Sequence record: EU719189.1
Direction: 5' to 3' (one strand)
DNA from: Clostridioides phage phiCD27
DNA length: 50,930 nt
The notes beneath the pieces are model-generated. The model searched no databases, had not been told where the DNA came from, and saw only the letters and a list, made by a program, of their open reading frames with translations. Shown here piece after piece: positions 37,861 to 46,725 of the stretch. How positions within the stretch are numbered: the stretch's first letter is position 1; every line of letters begins with the position of its first letter. The translations under genes were made by a program, and so were the position numbers.

Positions 37861-38049
37861 ATGGGTAAAAAAAGTGAATACACAGTAACAACAGTTGGTG
37901 AACCAAATTTAGATGCATTAGGCGAAACTTTAGCTAAAATTCTTACAGAGAAATTTGGGGTACTAATAACTCATACATACATTGAGAACTATTATGTTGA
38001 TAAAGAGAGAGGGGGTGATGTAGATGGAGCTATTGAAAGTGAACTTTAA
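37861..38049 (+). CDS. small acidic hypothetical protein
   Basis: 62 aa, RBS AGAGGGGTGA, net acidic. Confidence 0.4.
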   Translation: MGKKSEYTVTTVGEPNLDALGETLAKILTEKFGVLITHTYIENYYVDKERGGDVDGAIESEL

Positions 38050-38264
38050 TCTAGAGAAATTAAAAAATAGGAAATGTAGTGAGTGTAAGTTCTAAGAGGT
38101 TTGGGTTCAATATTAATTGTATTGTAGTAGTAGCAACTGAGGAGGAACTAAATTTAGCTTATTATAGCAAAGATAAGGGATGTATTGAGTATCAAGCATT
38201 GATACCAGAGGATATTAGATATGGTGATTATATTCTTGAAAGATTAGGTTAGGAGGAAATAAAA

Positions 38265-38333
38265 TGGCAGCTTTAATAATAGTAGGTTTATTTGCAATAT
38301 GTTTAGTAGGATTAGTTCAAAATAGAGATTAAT
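38265..38333 (+). CDS. tiny hydrophobic peptide (22 aa), speculative
   Basis: MAALIIVGLFAICLVGLVQNRD with RBS GGAGGAAAT 8 nt upstream. Possibly translationally coupled to an unannotated GTG-initiated 57-aa ORF at 38079..38252. Confidence 0.3.
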
Positions 38334-38351
38334 TAAAAAGGGGGTTTAATT

Positions 38352-38669
38352 ATGGAAAGTTTAAAAATAGTAAAACAATATGTTGAAGGACAGTTAAATT
38401 TATCTAGTTTAGAAATAGACAAAAATAAGGAGACTTATGAGATTCTCAAAAATAAATCTAGCAGAGATATGTTAGATGACATTAATTTAAATGATGCATT
38501 AAGAGAAGTAACAGTAAACGAAAGATTAAAAATATTTGCTGAGTCATTACTAGAGTTGTTAGATACACAAATCAAAATAAAAGAGAGTGAAGAAAGTGAG
38601 GACTATAAAAGACTTTGTATGTACTTAGACGAATTTGGAAGAGATAGACCTATAGATGTCCAGATATAA
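38352..38669 (+). CDS. hypothetical protein
   Basis: 105 aa, RBS AAGGGGG. Confidence 0.45.
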   Translation: MESLKIVKQYVEGQLNLSSLEIDKNKETYEILKNKSSRDMLDDINLNDALREVTVNERLKIFAESLLELLDTQIKIKESEESEDYKRLCMYLDEFGRDRPIDVQI

Positions 38670-38754
38670 AAAAAGAGCCATTAGGAGTGGCTCGATTCAG
38701 AAAATATTTAAAAATAAAAATATGACTATATTATAGCATAAACGGAGGGAAATT

Positions 38755-39264
38755 ATGAGTACTTTATATGAATTAACTACAGATTTATTAGAAATAGAAG
38801 AAGGTTTAACAGAAATAACAGGAAATGAAGCTGAAAAACTAGAGGAAATAAAAGAAATAATAAAACAAGAGATACAAAATAAAAACACTAGGATAGTTTC
38901 AGTGATAATAGATATTGATAGTGATATAAACTCTTTAGACTTAGAGATTAAGAGAATGCAAGAGTTAAAGAAGATTAAGAAGAATAGTCTTGATAGATTA
39001 AAAAGTAACATAAAGGAATGTATGGAACTGCTTGGTATTAAAAAGGTAGAAACATTTTTAGGAAATATAAGTATAAGAAAGTCAGCAGGTAGCTTAGTCA
39101 TAGAAGATGAAGAAAAGATACCTGCTATATATAAAACAGTAGAGCAAGTTGTAAAAGTAGATAAAAATACCATTAAAGACTTTATCAAAAAAGGTCATGA
39201 GGTTGAAGGTTGTAGGATTGAATATGGAACTACACTAACAATTCCAAAAGCTAAAAAAGAGTAG
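38755..39264 (+). CDS. Siphovirus Gp157-like protein
   Basis: 169 aa. The MSTLYELTTDLLEIEEGL N-terminus is typical of the Gp157 family, which is usually found next to ERF/SSAP genes. Confidence 0.55.
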   Translation: MSTLYELTTDLLEIEEGLTEITGNEAEKLEEIKEIIKQEIQNKNTRIVSVIIDIDSDINSLDLEIKRMQELKKIKKNSLDRLKSNIKECMELLGIKKVETFLGNISIRKSAGSLVIEDEEKIPAIYKTVEQVVKVDKNTIKDFIKKGHEVEGCRIEYGTTLTIPKAKKE

Positions 39265-39882
39265 GTGAGGACCATGGAAACTAATAATGTTTATATAAAA
39301 CTTGTAAATATACAGAGTACTTTAAAAGCTCCTAAAAGTCAATTTAATAGCTTTGGTAAATACAACTATAGGAGTTGCGAGGATATACTAGAAGGTTTGA
39401 AGCCTATTCTAAAAGAAGAAAAAGCATTAGTTATATTAGATGATAAAGTTGTTCAGATAGGAACTAGATTCTATGTAGAAGCTACAGCAACTTTAATAGA
39501 TGCAGAAACAGGAGAAAAAGTATCTGCAAAAGCATTAGCGAGAGAAGATGAAACTAAAAAAGGCATGGACTTAGCACAAGTGACTGGAAGTGTATCAAGT
39601 TATGCAAGAAAATATGCTTTAAATGGATTATTCTGCATTGATGATACAAAGGATAGTGATGCAACAAATACACATGGAAAAGAACAAAAAAAAAGAGAAG
39701 TTAGTGAAGATGAATTAAGTACACTATATTTTTTAGGTGAGTCTATAGATAAGGATAAGAATAGAGTCGATAGTGAGGTTTATAAGAAGTTTAGTAAACT
39801 AGCAATAGATTTGACTAAGCAAGAGTATGAAAAGGTTCTAAATGGATACAAGAGCATTTTAGATAAGCAAAATCAAGAGTAG
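39265..39882 (+). CDS. ERF-family single-strand annealing protein
   Basis: 205 aa. Motif LKAPKSQFNSFGKYNYRSCEDILEGLKPIL is typical of ERF superfamily recombinases. Confidence 0.7.
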   Translation: MRTMETNNVYIKLVNIQSTLKAPKSQFNSFGKYNYRSCEDILEGLKPILKEEKALVILDDKVVQIGTRFYVEATATLIDAETGEKVSAKALAREDETKKGMDLAQVTGSVSSYARKYALNGLFCIDDTKDSDATNTHGKEQKKREVSEDELSTLYFLGESIDKDKNRVDSEVYKKFSKLAIDLTKQEYEKVLNGYKSILDKQNQE

Positions 39883-39890
39883 GTGATATA

Positions 39891-40841
39891 TTGAATTTTA
39901 ATAATGAAACATACTTTCACATAAACTTTGATGACCCATTTACAAGAGTACCTAATACAATCCTTGATAATGAAAATCTTAGTTATTCAGCTATAGGAGT
40001 AGTTACTCAAATGTTAAGGTTTCAAAGGTCGGGTAGTCATAAAGTTTATGCAAAATCATTAATAAGCTATAGAAAAGATAGTAAGACAAAAGTAAGTAAT
40101 GCTTTAAAGGAGCTTATGCAGGAAGGTTTTGTTATTAGGACACAAATAAGGGATGAAAAAGGTCAAATGAAAGGTTATAGATATGATATTTTTGATACAC
40201 CTCAAAATGTAAATTCTGAAAGTGTTGAAATGACTGAATCTCAACCGTGTGCCGTTTTCCCGACTCCGGTAAAACCGGAAGCTGGTAAAACCGAAGTCGG
40301 TGAAACCGGAAGCCGGCAAAACCGAGGTCGGGAAATCGGCAACATAAAAGAAAATAGTATTAAAAAGAAAATAGGTTTAAAAGAAAATGATGTTATTACT
40401 ACTGTTATTGCTGAACAATCTGAAAAAAATAAGACTGTTTACATAAAAAAATATTATGAATCTTATATAGGTGTGATTACTCCAAATAATTTTCTTCAAC
40501 TACTGACTTATTTAGATGATGGAATGGAAGCTGATGTAATAATAAGAGCTGTTGATGAAGCTGTAGGCAGTGGAGTTAAGAATTATAAGTATGTAAAGAC
40601 AATCTTAAATAATTGGATAGAAGCAGGTGTAAAAACTGTTTTAGAACTTACAGAATATCAGAATGAATTTGAAAGAAAGAAAAAGAGTAAGCAGGAAAAG
40701 AAGCAGTCTAATAGTAAAACTGTGAATACTCATAATGTGAATAAAAATAAGTTTGCTAACTTCAATCAGACTTTCACTCAATATGAAGAAAAAGAGCTAG
40801 ATGAGATTATTAAAAAGAGTCAGAAGGAAAAATTTAAATAA
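39891..40841 (+). CDS. replisome organiser / replication initiation protein (DnaD-like C-terminal domain)
   Basis: 316 aa. N-terminal winged-helix-like domain, a GC-rich linker carrying iterons, and a C-terminal DnaD/DDBH2-like domain (YESYIGVITPNNFLQLLTYLDDGMEADVIIRAVDEAVGSGVKNYKYVKTILNNWIEAGVKTVLELTEY). Confidence 0.7.
   Translation: MNFNNETYFHINFDDPFTRVPNTILDNENLSYSAIGVVTQMLRFQRSGSHKVYAKSLISYRKDSKTKVSNALKELMQEGFVIRTQIRDEKGQMKGYRYDIFDTPQNVNSESVEMTESQPCAVFPTPVKPEAGKTEVGETGSRQNRGREIGNIKENSIKKKIGLKENDVITTVIAEQSEKNKTVYIKKYYESYIGVITPNNFLQLLTYLDDGMEADVIIRAVDEAVGSGVKNYKYVKTILNNWIEAGVKTVLELTEYQNEFERKKKSKQEKKQSNSKTVNTHNVNKNKFANFNQTFTQYEEKELDEIIKKSQKEKFK
40266..40340. repeat. candidate origin iterons inside replisome organiser gene
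   Basis: About five tandem 15-16-bp units (GGTAAAACCGGAAGC / GGTAAAACCGAAGTC / GGTGAAACCGGAAGCC / GGCAAAACCGAGGTC / GGGAAATCGGC) forming a GC-rich island in an AT-rich genome. Confidence 0.55.
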
Positions 40842-40901
40842 AATTAAACTTCTAGGAAGTAAATATCAATATATTGCTTCCTAGAAAAGGGGAGGTATAA
40901 A

Positions 40902-41075
40902 ATGGCGAGAATATATGCACAAAGAAGTGGTTCTTTAAATGAACAAGATAGATTGGAGTTATTAAGATTACTTGGGAAAGCTGGATATACAGTAAAGGTT
41001 GCTAGAGAGAAGCAAAATAGCAAGACAACTTATACTTACTTTGTTGAGTATACAGAAGAACAGGAAGAAAAATAG
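40902..41075 (+). CDS. small hypothetical protein (57 aa)
   Basis: ORF below the ORF-track cutoff with strong RBS AAAGGGGAGGT: MARIYAQRSGSLNEQDRLELLRLLGKAGYTVKVAREKQNSKTTYTYFVEYTEEQEEK. Confidence 0.45.
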   Translation: MARIYAQRSGSLNEQDRLELLRLLGKAGYTVKVAREKQNSKTTYTYFVEYTEEQEEK

Positions 41076-41090
41076 AAGGGGGCTAGTTAA

Positions 41091-41498
41091 ATGAATACAA
41101 TAACTTTAGTTGGAAGATTAGTTGCAGATGCAGAATTGAAGTACCTTCCAAATTCAGGTACTCCAAAAATAACCTTTTCAATGGCAGTAGATAGAAGGTT
41201 TAAAGATAAAAATGGAAATAAAATAACTGATTTTATTCAATGCGAGCAATTAGGAAAACATGTAGAGAATTTAGTGCAATATCTTGTTAAAGGTAAGCCT
41301 ATATATGCTGTTGGAGAGTTAAATATATATAATTACAAAGATGAAAATGGTTGCTGGAAATCTATTACTAAGGTTAATGTAAATGCTTTAGAACTACTTT
41401 CTAGTAAAAATGATAATAATGCTAAACAAGAATATGTACCACCAGGATTAGACCCACAAGGTTTTCAAGCAATAGATGATGACGATATACCTTTTTAA
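41091..41498 (+). CDS. ssb: single-stranded DNA-binding protein
   Basis: 135 aa. OB-fold N-terminus (MNTITLVGRLVADAELKY) and canonical acidic C-terminal tail DDDIPF. Confidence 0.9.
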   Translation: MNTITLVGRLVADAELKYLPNSGTPKITFSMAVDRRFKDKNGNKITDFIQCEQLGKHVENLVQYLVKGKPIYAVGELNIYNYKDENGCWKSITKVNVNALELLSSKNDNNAKQEYVPPGLDPQGFQAIDDDDIPF

Positions 41499-41525
41499 TT
41501 AAGTTAAATAATCTAGGGAGTAATT

Positions 41526-42089
41526 ATGCAATATTACTTCCTAGGAGTTAAAATATTGGAGGGATGGAAAATGGAAGAAGAGTATAGAAAATTTTTTTTA
41601 GAGCGTAATGGTGAGAAAATTGAGATGGTACAAAATTGCGAAGGAGCAATAAAAATAAGCTTAAATAATATAAAAACAGATAATTCGCATAGACCTTGGA
41701 ATTTAAAGGCAGAAGGAACAGCTACAGTGACGCTATATCTAGGTAAACTGCTTTTTGAAGAAATGCTGTGGCTTAAAATATTGTATTTATTAGAAGTTAT
41801 AGCAGAAAAAATGATGATGGGGGTATTAGGAATGATAATAATTAGAAGTCAAAATAAATTAGATTTAATGAGAGTTAATAGAGTTGAAATAGATAGTAGA
41901 TATGTATATGCAGTGTTTGAAGGTGAATCAAATGTTAGAGAAATAGGTAGGTATAAATCAGAAGAAAGAGCTATTGAAGTATTAAACAGAATACAGGAGG
42001 CTATTATTGCAGGAACTAAGTTTGACATTATAAATAAAGACGGGGTTAGATGCAACAAAGAAAAAGTGTTTGAAATGCCAGTTGAATAA
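41526..42089 (+). CDS. hypothetical protein
   Basis: 187 aa, RBS AGGGAG. Confidence 0.4.
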   Translation: MQYYFLGVKILEGWKMEEEYRKFFLERNGEKIEMVQNCEGAIKISLNNIKTDNSHRPWNLKAEGTATVTLYLGKLLFEEMLWLKILYLLEVIAEKMMMGVLGMIIIRSQNKLDLMRVNRVEIDSRYVYAVFEGESNVREIGRYKSEERAIEVLNRIQEAIIAGTKFDIINKDGVRCNKEKVFEMPVE

Positions 42090-42468
42090 GGAGGGGGCTG
42101 AAATGTTAAAGGTTGAAAGATATTTTAGTGGTTCTGTTGCAGATAATATATTTGAAGATGATTTGACTCTTAGAAATTATTTAGCACTATATTGCTGTAT
42201 CTATGGAGTAAACAAAAATGGAGAACTTGTATTTCCAACACGTGGAAAAATGCTAATAGAGTTTAATGTTGATAGGGATAGAAAAAAGAGAAAGAAAGCT
42301 TCAAAAGTAAAGTTAATTAATGTCAAAACTGGTGAAGAAAAAATATTTGATTCTATAGATAGTGCAGCATGTTTTTTAAGACTACAGAGTCAGGCAGTTT
42401 ACCAAACAATTAAAAAGAAAACTAAAACAAGAAGTGGCTGGAAAGCTGAATATATTGAGGAGGAATAA
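42070..42468 (+). CDS. hypothetical protein
   Basis: 132 aa, RBS AGGAGGGGG. Confidence 0.4.
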   Translation: MKCQLNKEGAEMLKVERYFSGSVADNIFEDDLTLRNYLALYCCIYGVNKNGELVFPTRGKMLIEFNVDRDRKKRKKASKVKLINVKTGEEKIFDSIDSAACFLRLQSQAVYQTIKKKTKTRSGWKAEYIEEE

Positions 42469-42567
42469 TGGAAGTTTCAAGGACTGAATACACAATTAAA
42501 AGAGCAAAAGAGTTATATGATAATGGAGAGGATATATTTATTGCTATAGATAAGGCTAGAGAAGAAT

Positions 42568-42921
42568 ATGAGGAGATGGTTAAAAGTGAATATCTTAGCT
42601 AGTGTGATATTAGTAATAGGAAGTTTTATAGCTGGTAGAGTTTATGAGTATAGATTGAATTTAAATGAAAATGATGAAGCTGATTCAAAAGTACTTTTAG
42701 ATGTTTTTAATGAAATTAGTGTGTTAAGAGAAGAAAATAAAAGTCTTAAAGAAAAGTTACAAGAGAAAGAGTTACTATTCATCAATAGATTAATAGATTT
42801 TTTACATGATAAAAAGATATGCGAATGTTGTATTTATGACTGTAAGATTGATGATATTGAATATGATTGTGAAGATGGTATTAAAAAGTGGCTTGATAGC
42901 GAAGAACTTATATTTGAATAG
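42568..42921 (+). CDS. hypothetical membrane protein
   Basis: 117 aa, N-terminal TM helix, coiled coil, Cys-rich C-terminus. Confidence 0.4.
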   Translation: MRRWLKVNILASVILVIGSFIAGRVYEYRLNLNENDEADSKVLLDVFNEISVLREENKSLKEKLQEKELLFINRLIDFLHDKKICECCIYDCKIDDIEYDCEDGIKKWLDSEELIFE

Positions 42922-43028
42922 AAGAAATATCTAATTAAAACAGTTTAGAGAGTTGCAAAATGTTTTTTAATAAAATTATCATTGAGATGTTTTGTAACTC
43001 TCAAAAATGAAAATAAGGAGGCGTTGTA

Positions 43029-43859
43029 TTGCTTACATTTTTAGATTTATTCGCAGGGATAGGTGGCTTTAGGCTAGGGATGGAAAAAGCAGGACATAAA
43101 TGTTTGGGACATTGCGAATATGATAAATTCGCAAATTTAAGTTATAATGCCATGCACAAACCGAAGGAGGATGAATGGTTTGAAAGAGATATTAGAGAAA
43201 TTAGAACAGAAAATATCCCAAGAGCAGATGTCTGGTGTTTTGGATTCCCATGTCAAGACATTTCTGTTGCAGGGAAACAATTTGGATTCAGAGGAGAACG
43301 TTCAAGTTTATTTTTTACAGTTACAAAACTTATTAGAGAACTCAAAGAAGAAGATAGACCCAAGTATTTACTTATTGAAAACGTTAAAAATCTACTTAGT
43401 GTTAATGGAGGATTTGATTTCCTCAAAGTTCTCGTTGAACTGGATGAAATCGGCTATGATGCAGAGTGGCAAGTTCTTAATTCTAAAAACTTCGGAGTAC
43501 CCCAAAATAGAGAACGAATATTCATTGTTGGACATTTTAGAGGACGAAGTACACGAAAAGTATTTCCTATCGAAAGAAAAAGTAGAAAAAATCTTGAGCA
43601 ACTAAATAATCCAACTCATAGTACAAATAGAATTTATGATGCAGTTGGAATTGCTAGATGTATTAGAAGTCAGGCAGGAGGTGGAGGTGCTAAAACAGGT
43701 CTATACTTTATAGACTTAAATAAAAACTCTAAAGTAACAATAAATGCTAGATGCCTTAAAGCAAAATATAATGCAGGTGTGACAAATAGAAATTGTGATA
43801 ATAGTGGAGTTTTAGTTAATGCAGTTTTAACGCCCGATTGGCTAGAGAAGGAGAAGTAA
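43029..43859 (+). CDS. DNA (cytosine-5)-methyltransferase, C-terminally truncated
   Basis: TTG start after RBS AAGGAGG. Motif I FAGIGGF, motif IV GFPCQDIS, motif VI ENVKNL and motif VIII QNRERIFIVG are present. The ORF stops at ...AVLTPDWLEKEK, at the beginning of motif IX, and motif X is absent. Confidence 0.8.
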   Translation: MLTFLDLFAGIGGFRLGMEKAGHKCLGHCEYDKFANLSYNAMHKPKEDEWFERDIREIRTENIPRADVWCFGFPCQDISVAGKQFGFRGERSSLFFTVTKLIRELKEEDRPKYLLIENVKNLLSVNGGFDFLKVLVELDEIGYDAEWQVLNSKNFGVPQNRERIFIVGHFRGRSTRKVFPIERKSRKNLEQLNNPTHSTNRIYDAVGIARCIRSQAGGGGAKTGLYFIDLNKNSKVTINARCLKAKYNAGVTNRNCDNSGVLVNAVLTPDWLEKEK

Positions 43860-43903
43860 ATAATAAGAGGATGTAAATTTAAACTAGTTAGGAGGAATAA
43901 CTT

Positions 43904-44233
43904 ATGAAGATTTTTTTATTGACTATACTGCTAATAATTATTTGTATATTAGCAAATTATGTGAAAAATCGCATATATAAAAAATCTATAAATAATCTAA
44001 AATATAAATATTCTGTAGGGGAAAAGATTATATATCATCAAATAAACTGTTACTATAACAGAATGGTTGGTTGTGAAATTTTAGAAAAATGTTATAGTAC
44101 GAAATTTAGAAAAAGAAATACCCCGCTTTATAAAGTAAAAGCATATGTAGGTGATAACGATACAACATGGGTTATACCAGAGTGGAGAATTGAATGTCTT
44201 GCTACGACTTATGGAGAATTTCCTAAATATTAA
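43904..44233 (+). CDS. hypothetical membrane protein
   Basis: 109 aa, N-terminal TM helix, RBS AGGAGGAA. Confidence 0.4.
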   Translation: MKIFLLTILLIIICILANYVKNRIYKKSINNLKYKYSVGEKIIYHQINCYYNRMVGCEILEKCYSTKFRKRNTPLYKVKAYVGDNDTTWVIPEWRIECLATTYGEFPKY

Positions 44234-44269
44234 ATAATAAAAATTGGCTGGAGAAGGAGATTGTAAATT

Positions 44270-44641
44270 ATGTTTAACATCTATAAAGTGAAAATAAAGA
44301 CTAAAAGAACATTGGAGCAGGTAAGAAATCAAAGCGTAGACTTTGAGTATTCAGAAAAAGGATTAAAAAATACTCTGAAATACTATAACTTGATTGATGA
44401 TTTAAAAGTAATAGTAGTTAAATTTGGAGATGAATATTGTCTAGCTAATTACAATGAAGAAGATAGAAAAATAATAATGGAAGCACATTATCTTTTAGAG
44501 CAGGATGAATATACTGGATGTTATATAAATGAATATGAACGATTTAAAAAAGATTGGGAAAATGGTAATTGTGATGGGGAAGCCTGTATGGTATTTTCAG
44601 ATGATGAAATTGAGATAATTGAGAAGCTAAGGGAGGGTTAA
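44270..44641 (+). CDS. hypothetical protein
   Basis: 123 aa, RBS GGAGAAGGAG. Confidence 0.4.
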   Translation: MFNIYKVKIKTKRTLEQVRNQSVDFEYSEKGLKNTLKYYNLIDDLKVIVVKFGDEYCLANYNEEDRKIIMEAHYLLEQDEYTGCYINEYERFKKDWENGNCDGEACMVFSDDEIEIIEKLREG

Positions 44642-44643
44642 AT

Positions 44644-44826
44644 ATGAATAAAAGAATTAAAATGAAAAAAAGATTAATTCATAAAAAGTGTGATGAAAGA
44701 TGTGTCAACTATGACTTTGTAATTAGCAATAACCTTATAACTTGTAATGTGTGTATAGGATGCAAATACAAAGAAAATATGGATAAAGTATGTGAAGAGA
44801 ACTATAAGAAATTAAGAAGTAAATAG
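44644..44826 (+). CDS. small Cys-rich (zinc-finger-like) protein
   Basis: 60 aa with CDERC ... CNVCIGC ... C pattern. Confidence 0.4.
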   Translation: MNKRIKMKKRLIHKKCDERCVNYDFVISNNLITCNVCIGCKYKENMDKVCEENYKKLRSK

Positions 44827-44900
44827 AATAAAATAGTCAAGGTAAGTTTGTGAATGAAACTAGAATGTTATAGGCTTGACTTATAAAAGGAGTGCGTTAA

Positions 44901-45242
44901 ATGGCTAATATATATTGTGAAAATTATAATTGTAAAAACTACTTTGAAGATATGTGTATGCTTGAAAGAATTGAAATTAATAACTTCAAAGAATGCGAAA
45001 GCTATCTTGAAGGTAAAAATGAGCTATATGAATTAGAAAACGGATATACTATACATCCTAAAGATTTGAAAATGGCGAAAAGTAAAGATTATTCTGTTGA
45101 AGTTACTCATATTCCAACTGGTATTACAGTAAAATGCCGTTCTACAAATAGTATTTTAAAAAATAAAAATAAGTGTTTGGAAATTCTAGAAGAAGAACTA
45201 ATAAAAATAAACTCTCACTTAGAGCTAGAAGATTTACGCTAA
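44901..45242 (+). CDS. small Cys-rich protein
   Basis: 113 aa, N-terminal CENYNC ... C ... C cluster. RBS AAAGGAG. Confidence 0.4.
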   Translation: MANIYCENYNCKNYFEDMCMLERIEINNFKECESYLEGKNELYELENGYTIHPKDLKMAKSKDYSVEVTHIPTGITVKCRSTNSILKNKNKCLEILEEELIKINSHLELEDLR

Positions 45243-45257
45243 ACAGGAAGTGATTTT

Positions 45258-45371
45258 ATGAAACGAAGAAGATGCAGTTGGTGTGGAAAATTATTTTATC
45301 TTGAAGAAAAATCTAAGGATGTTTATTGTTGTAAAGAATGTAGGAAGAAGGCTAAGAAGGTGAAAAAATGA
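45258..45371 (+). CDS. small zinc-ribbon protein (37 aa)
   Basis: ORF below the ORF-track cutoff: MKRRRCSWCGKLFYLEEKSKDVYCCKECRKKAKKVKK. It overlaps the RusA start (ATGA). Confidence 0.4.
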   Translation: MKRRRCSWCGKLFYLEEKSKDVYCCKECRKKAKKVKK

Positions 45372-45775
45372 AAGTTTTTCTTGTAATAGATGGAGAACCA
45401 GTTGGTAAAGAAAGACCTAGATTTAACTTGGCTACTAAAAGGACCTATACACCACAGAAAACTAAGGACTATGAAGAATTAATAAAATGGTTATATCAAT
45501 CTAAAGTTAGACATTATTTTACTGGATACATAAAAATGACTTTAAGATGTTATTACTCTATAGCAAAAAGTAACAGTAAAAAGATTAAAGAGCAGAAAAG
45601 AAATAATGTGTTAAGACCCAATAAAAAACCAGATATTGATAATGTGGTCAAGATTATAGCTGATTCACTCAATGAGATAGCTTATAAAGATGATACGCAG
45701 ATTGTTGAGGTTGTAGCTAGTAAATATTACAGTGATAAACCAAGAGTTGAGGTTATATTAGAAGATGTTATTTAA
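45368..45775 (+). CDS. rusA: RusA-family Holliday junction resolvase
   Basis: 135 aa. MKVFLVIDGEPVGKERPRF N-terminus and KPDIDNVVKIIADSLN motif are typical of RusA. Confidence 0.85.
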   Translation: MKVFLVIDGEPVGKERPRFNLATKRTYTPQKTKDYEELIKWLYQSKVRHYFTGYIKMTLRCYYSIAKSNSKKIKEQKRNNVLRPNKKPDIDNVVKIIADSLNEIAYKDDTQIVEVVASKYYSDKPRVEVILEDVI

Positions 45776-45876
45776 CCAACGGAAAAATCCGTTCGTTAGA
45801 TTAGGTACTCAGTTTTTCATAAAAATGTGAAAAAGCTGAATAGAGAATATATCAAATGGTAAAGGAGAGATAAATT

Positions 45877-46725
45877 ATGAATGAAAATATAAATAAAGAA
45901 ATAACAGTACTTGGAACTTTAGAAATCGAGGGAATGAAATTTCATAACATTGAGGGTGGATTTGGAGAACATAAGAAAGCAATGCTAGTAAAAGATATAG
46001 CTGAGATACATAATAGAGAATCTAGACAGATTAATGAGCTTATAAATAAGAATAGAAAAAGATTTAAAGATGGAAAAGATATATTAGATTTGTTAGGTGT
46101 CGGTTTGGACGATACCAAAATAAAAGAATTAGGATTTACTCAACAATCAATTAATTCTTATAGAGGGTTAAAAAACAAAGGGTTATTATCTGGGATTTAT
46201 ATATTATCTGAAAGAGGTTATGCAAAATTATTAAAAATATTAGAAGATGATATAGCTTGGGAATTATATGAGAAGTTAGTTGATGGATATTTCTCTATGA
46301 GAAAAGAACTAAATAATCCTCTTTTAAGTGCATCAAAGGAGTTACAAGCTATATTTATGCTAGATAAGAAACAAGAAGTCTTAGAAACTAAAATAGAGAA
46401 TGTTAATGAGAAGTTAGAGAACTTTATGGATGATGCACCATTATTCAATATCGAGTGTGAGTGTATTGTTAAAGAGGTTAAGAGAGTAGCAACAAAATCA
46501 CTTGGTGGACATGGAAGTAAGGCTTATAAAAATAAATCTTTAAGAGGTAAAGTTTATAGTGATATATACCATCAGATTAAACGAGAATTTGGAGTAGATA
46601 GTTATAAGGCTATAAAGCGTTGTCAGTTAGATAAAGTATTAGAGATTGTAAATAGTTATAAGTTACCTATAGTGTTTGAAGAAGAAATAAGACTTTTGAA
46701 TAGTCAATTATCAATTGTGAGTTAA
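45877..46725 (+). CDS. ORF6N-domain antirepressor-like protein
   Basis: 282 aa. N-terminal ORF6N-like domain (MLVKDIAEIHNRESRQINELINKNRKRFKDGKDILDL). Confidence 0.5.
   Translation: MNENINKEITVLGTLEIEGMKFHNIEGGFGEHKKAMLVKDIAEIHNRESRQINELINKNRKRFKDGKDILDLLGVGLDDTKIKELGFTQQSINSYRGLKNKGLLSGIYILSERGYAKLLKILEDDIAWELYEKLVDGYFSMRKELNNPLLSASKELQAIFMLDKKQEVLETKIENVNEKLENFMDDAPLFNIECECIVKEVKRVATKSLGGHGSKAYKNKSLRGKVYSDIYHQIKREFGVDSYKAIKRCQLDKVLEIVNSYKLPIVFEEEIRLLNSQLSIVS

Noticed and set aside
40245-40345. The GC-rich patch inside the replication gene might be a horizontally inserted foreign fragment or a CRISPR repeat.
   Set aside because: The repeat unit is 15-16 bp with no spacers and sits in frame inside a continuous ORF. 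It is better explained as origin iterons within a replisome-organiser gene. The overlapping minus-strand ORF 40104..40319 is an artefact of the GC-rich repeats.
43147-43605. A 152-aa plus-strand ORF sits in an alternative frame inside the C5-methyltransferase gene, with a 69-aa minus-strand ORF at 43392..43601.
   Set aside because: The methyltransferase frame carries the canonical motifs I, IV, VI and VIII, so the alternative frames are spurious.
44170-44233. The C-terminus of the 109-aa TM protein (PEWRIECLATTYGEFPKY) resembles C5-MTase motif IX (RECxRLQGFPD), suggesting a split methyltransferase second subunit.
   Set aside because: The rest of the protein is an N-terminal TM helix with no TRD or motif X, and the match is short. 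It is most likely coincidental, although it is noted under the truncated MTase finding.
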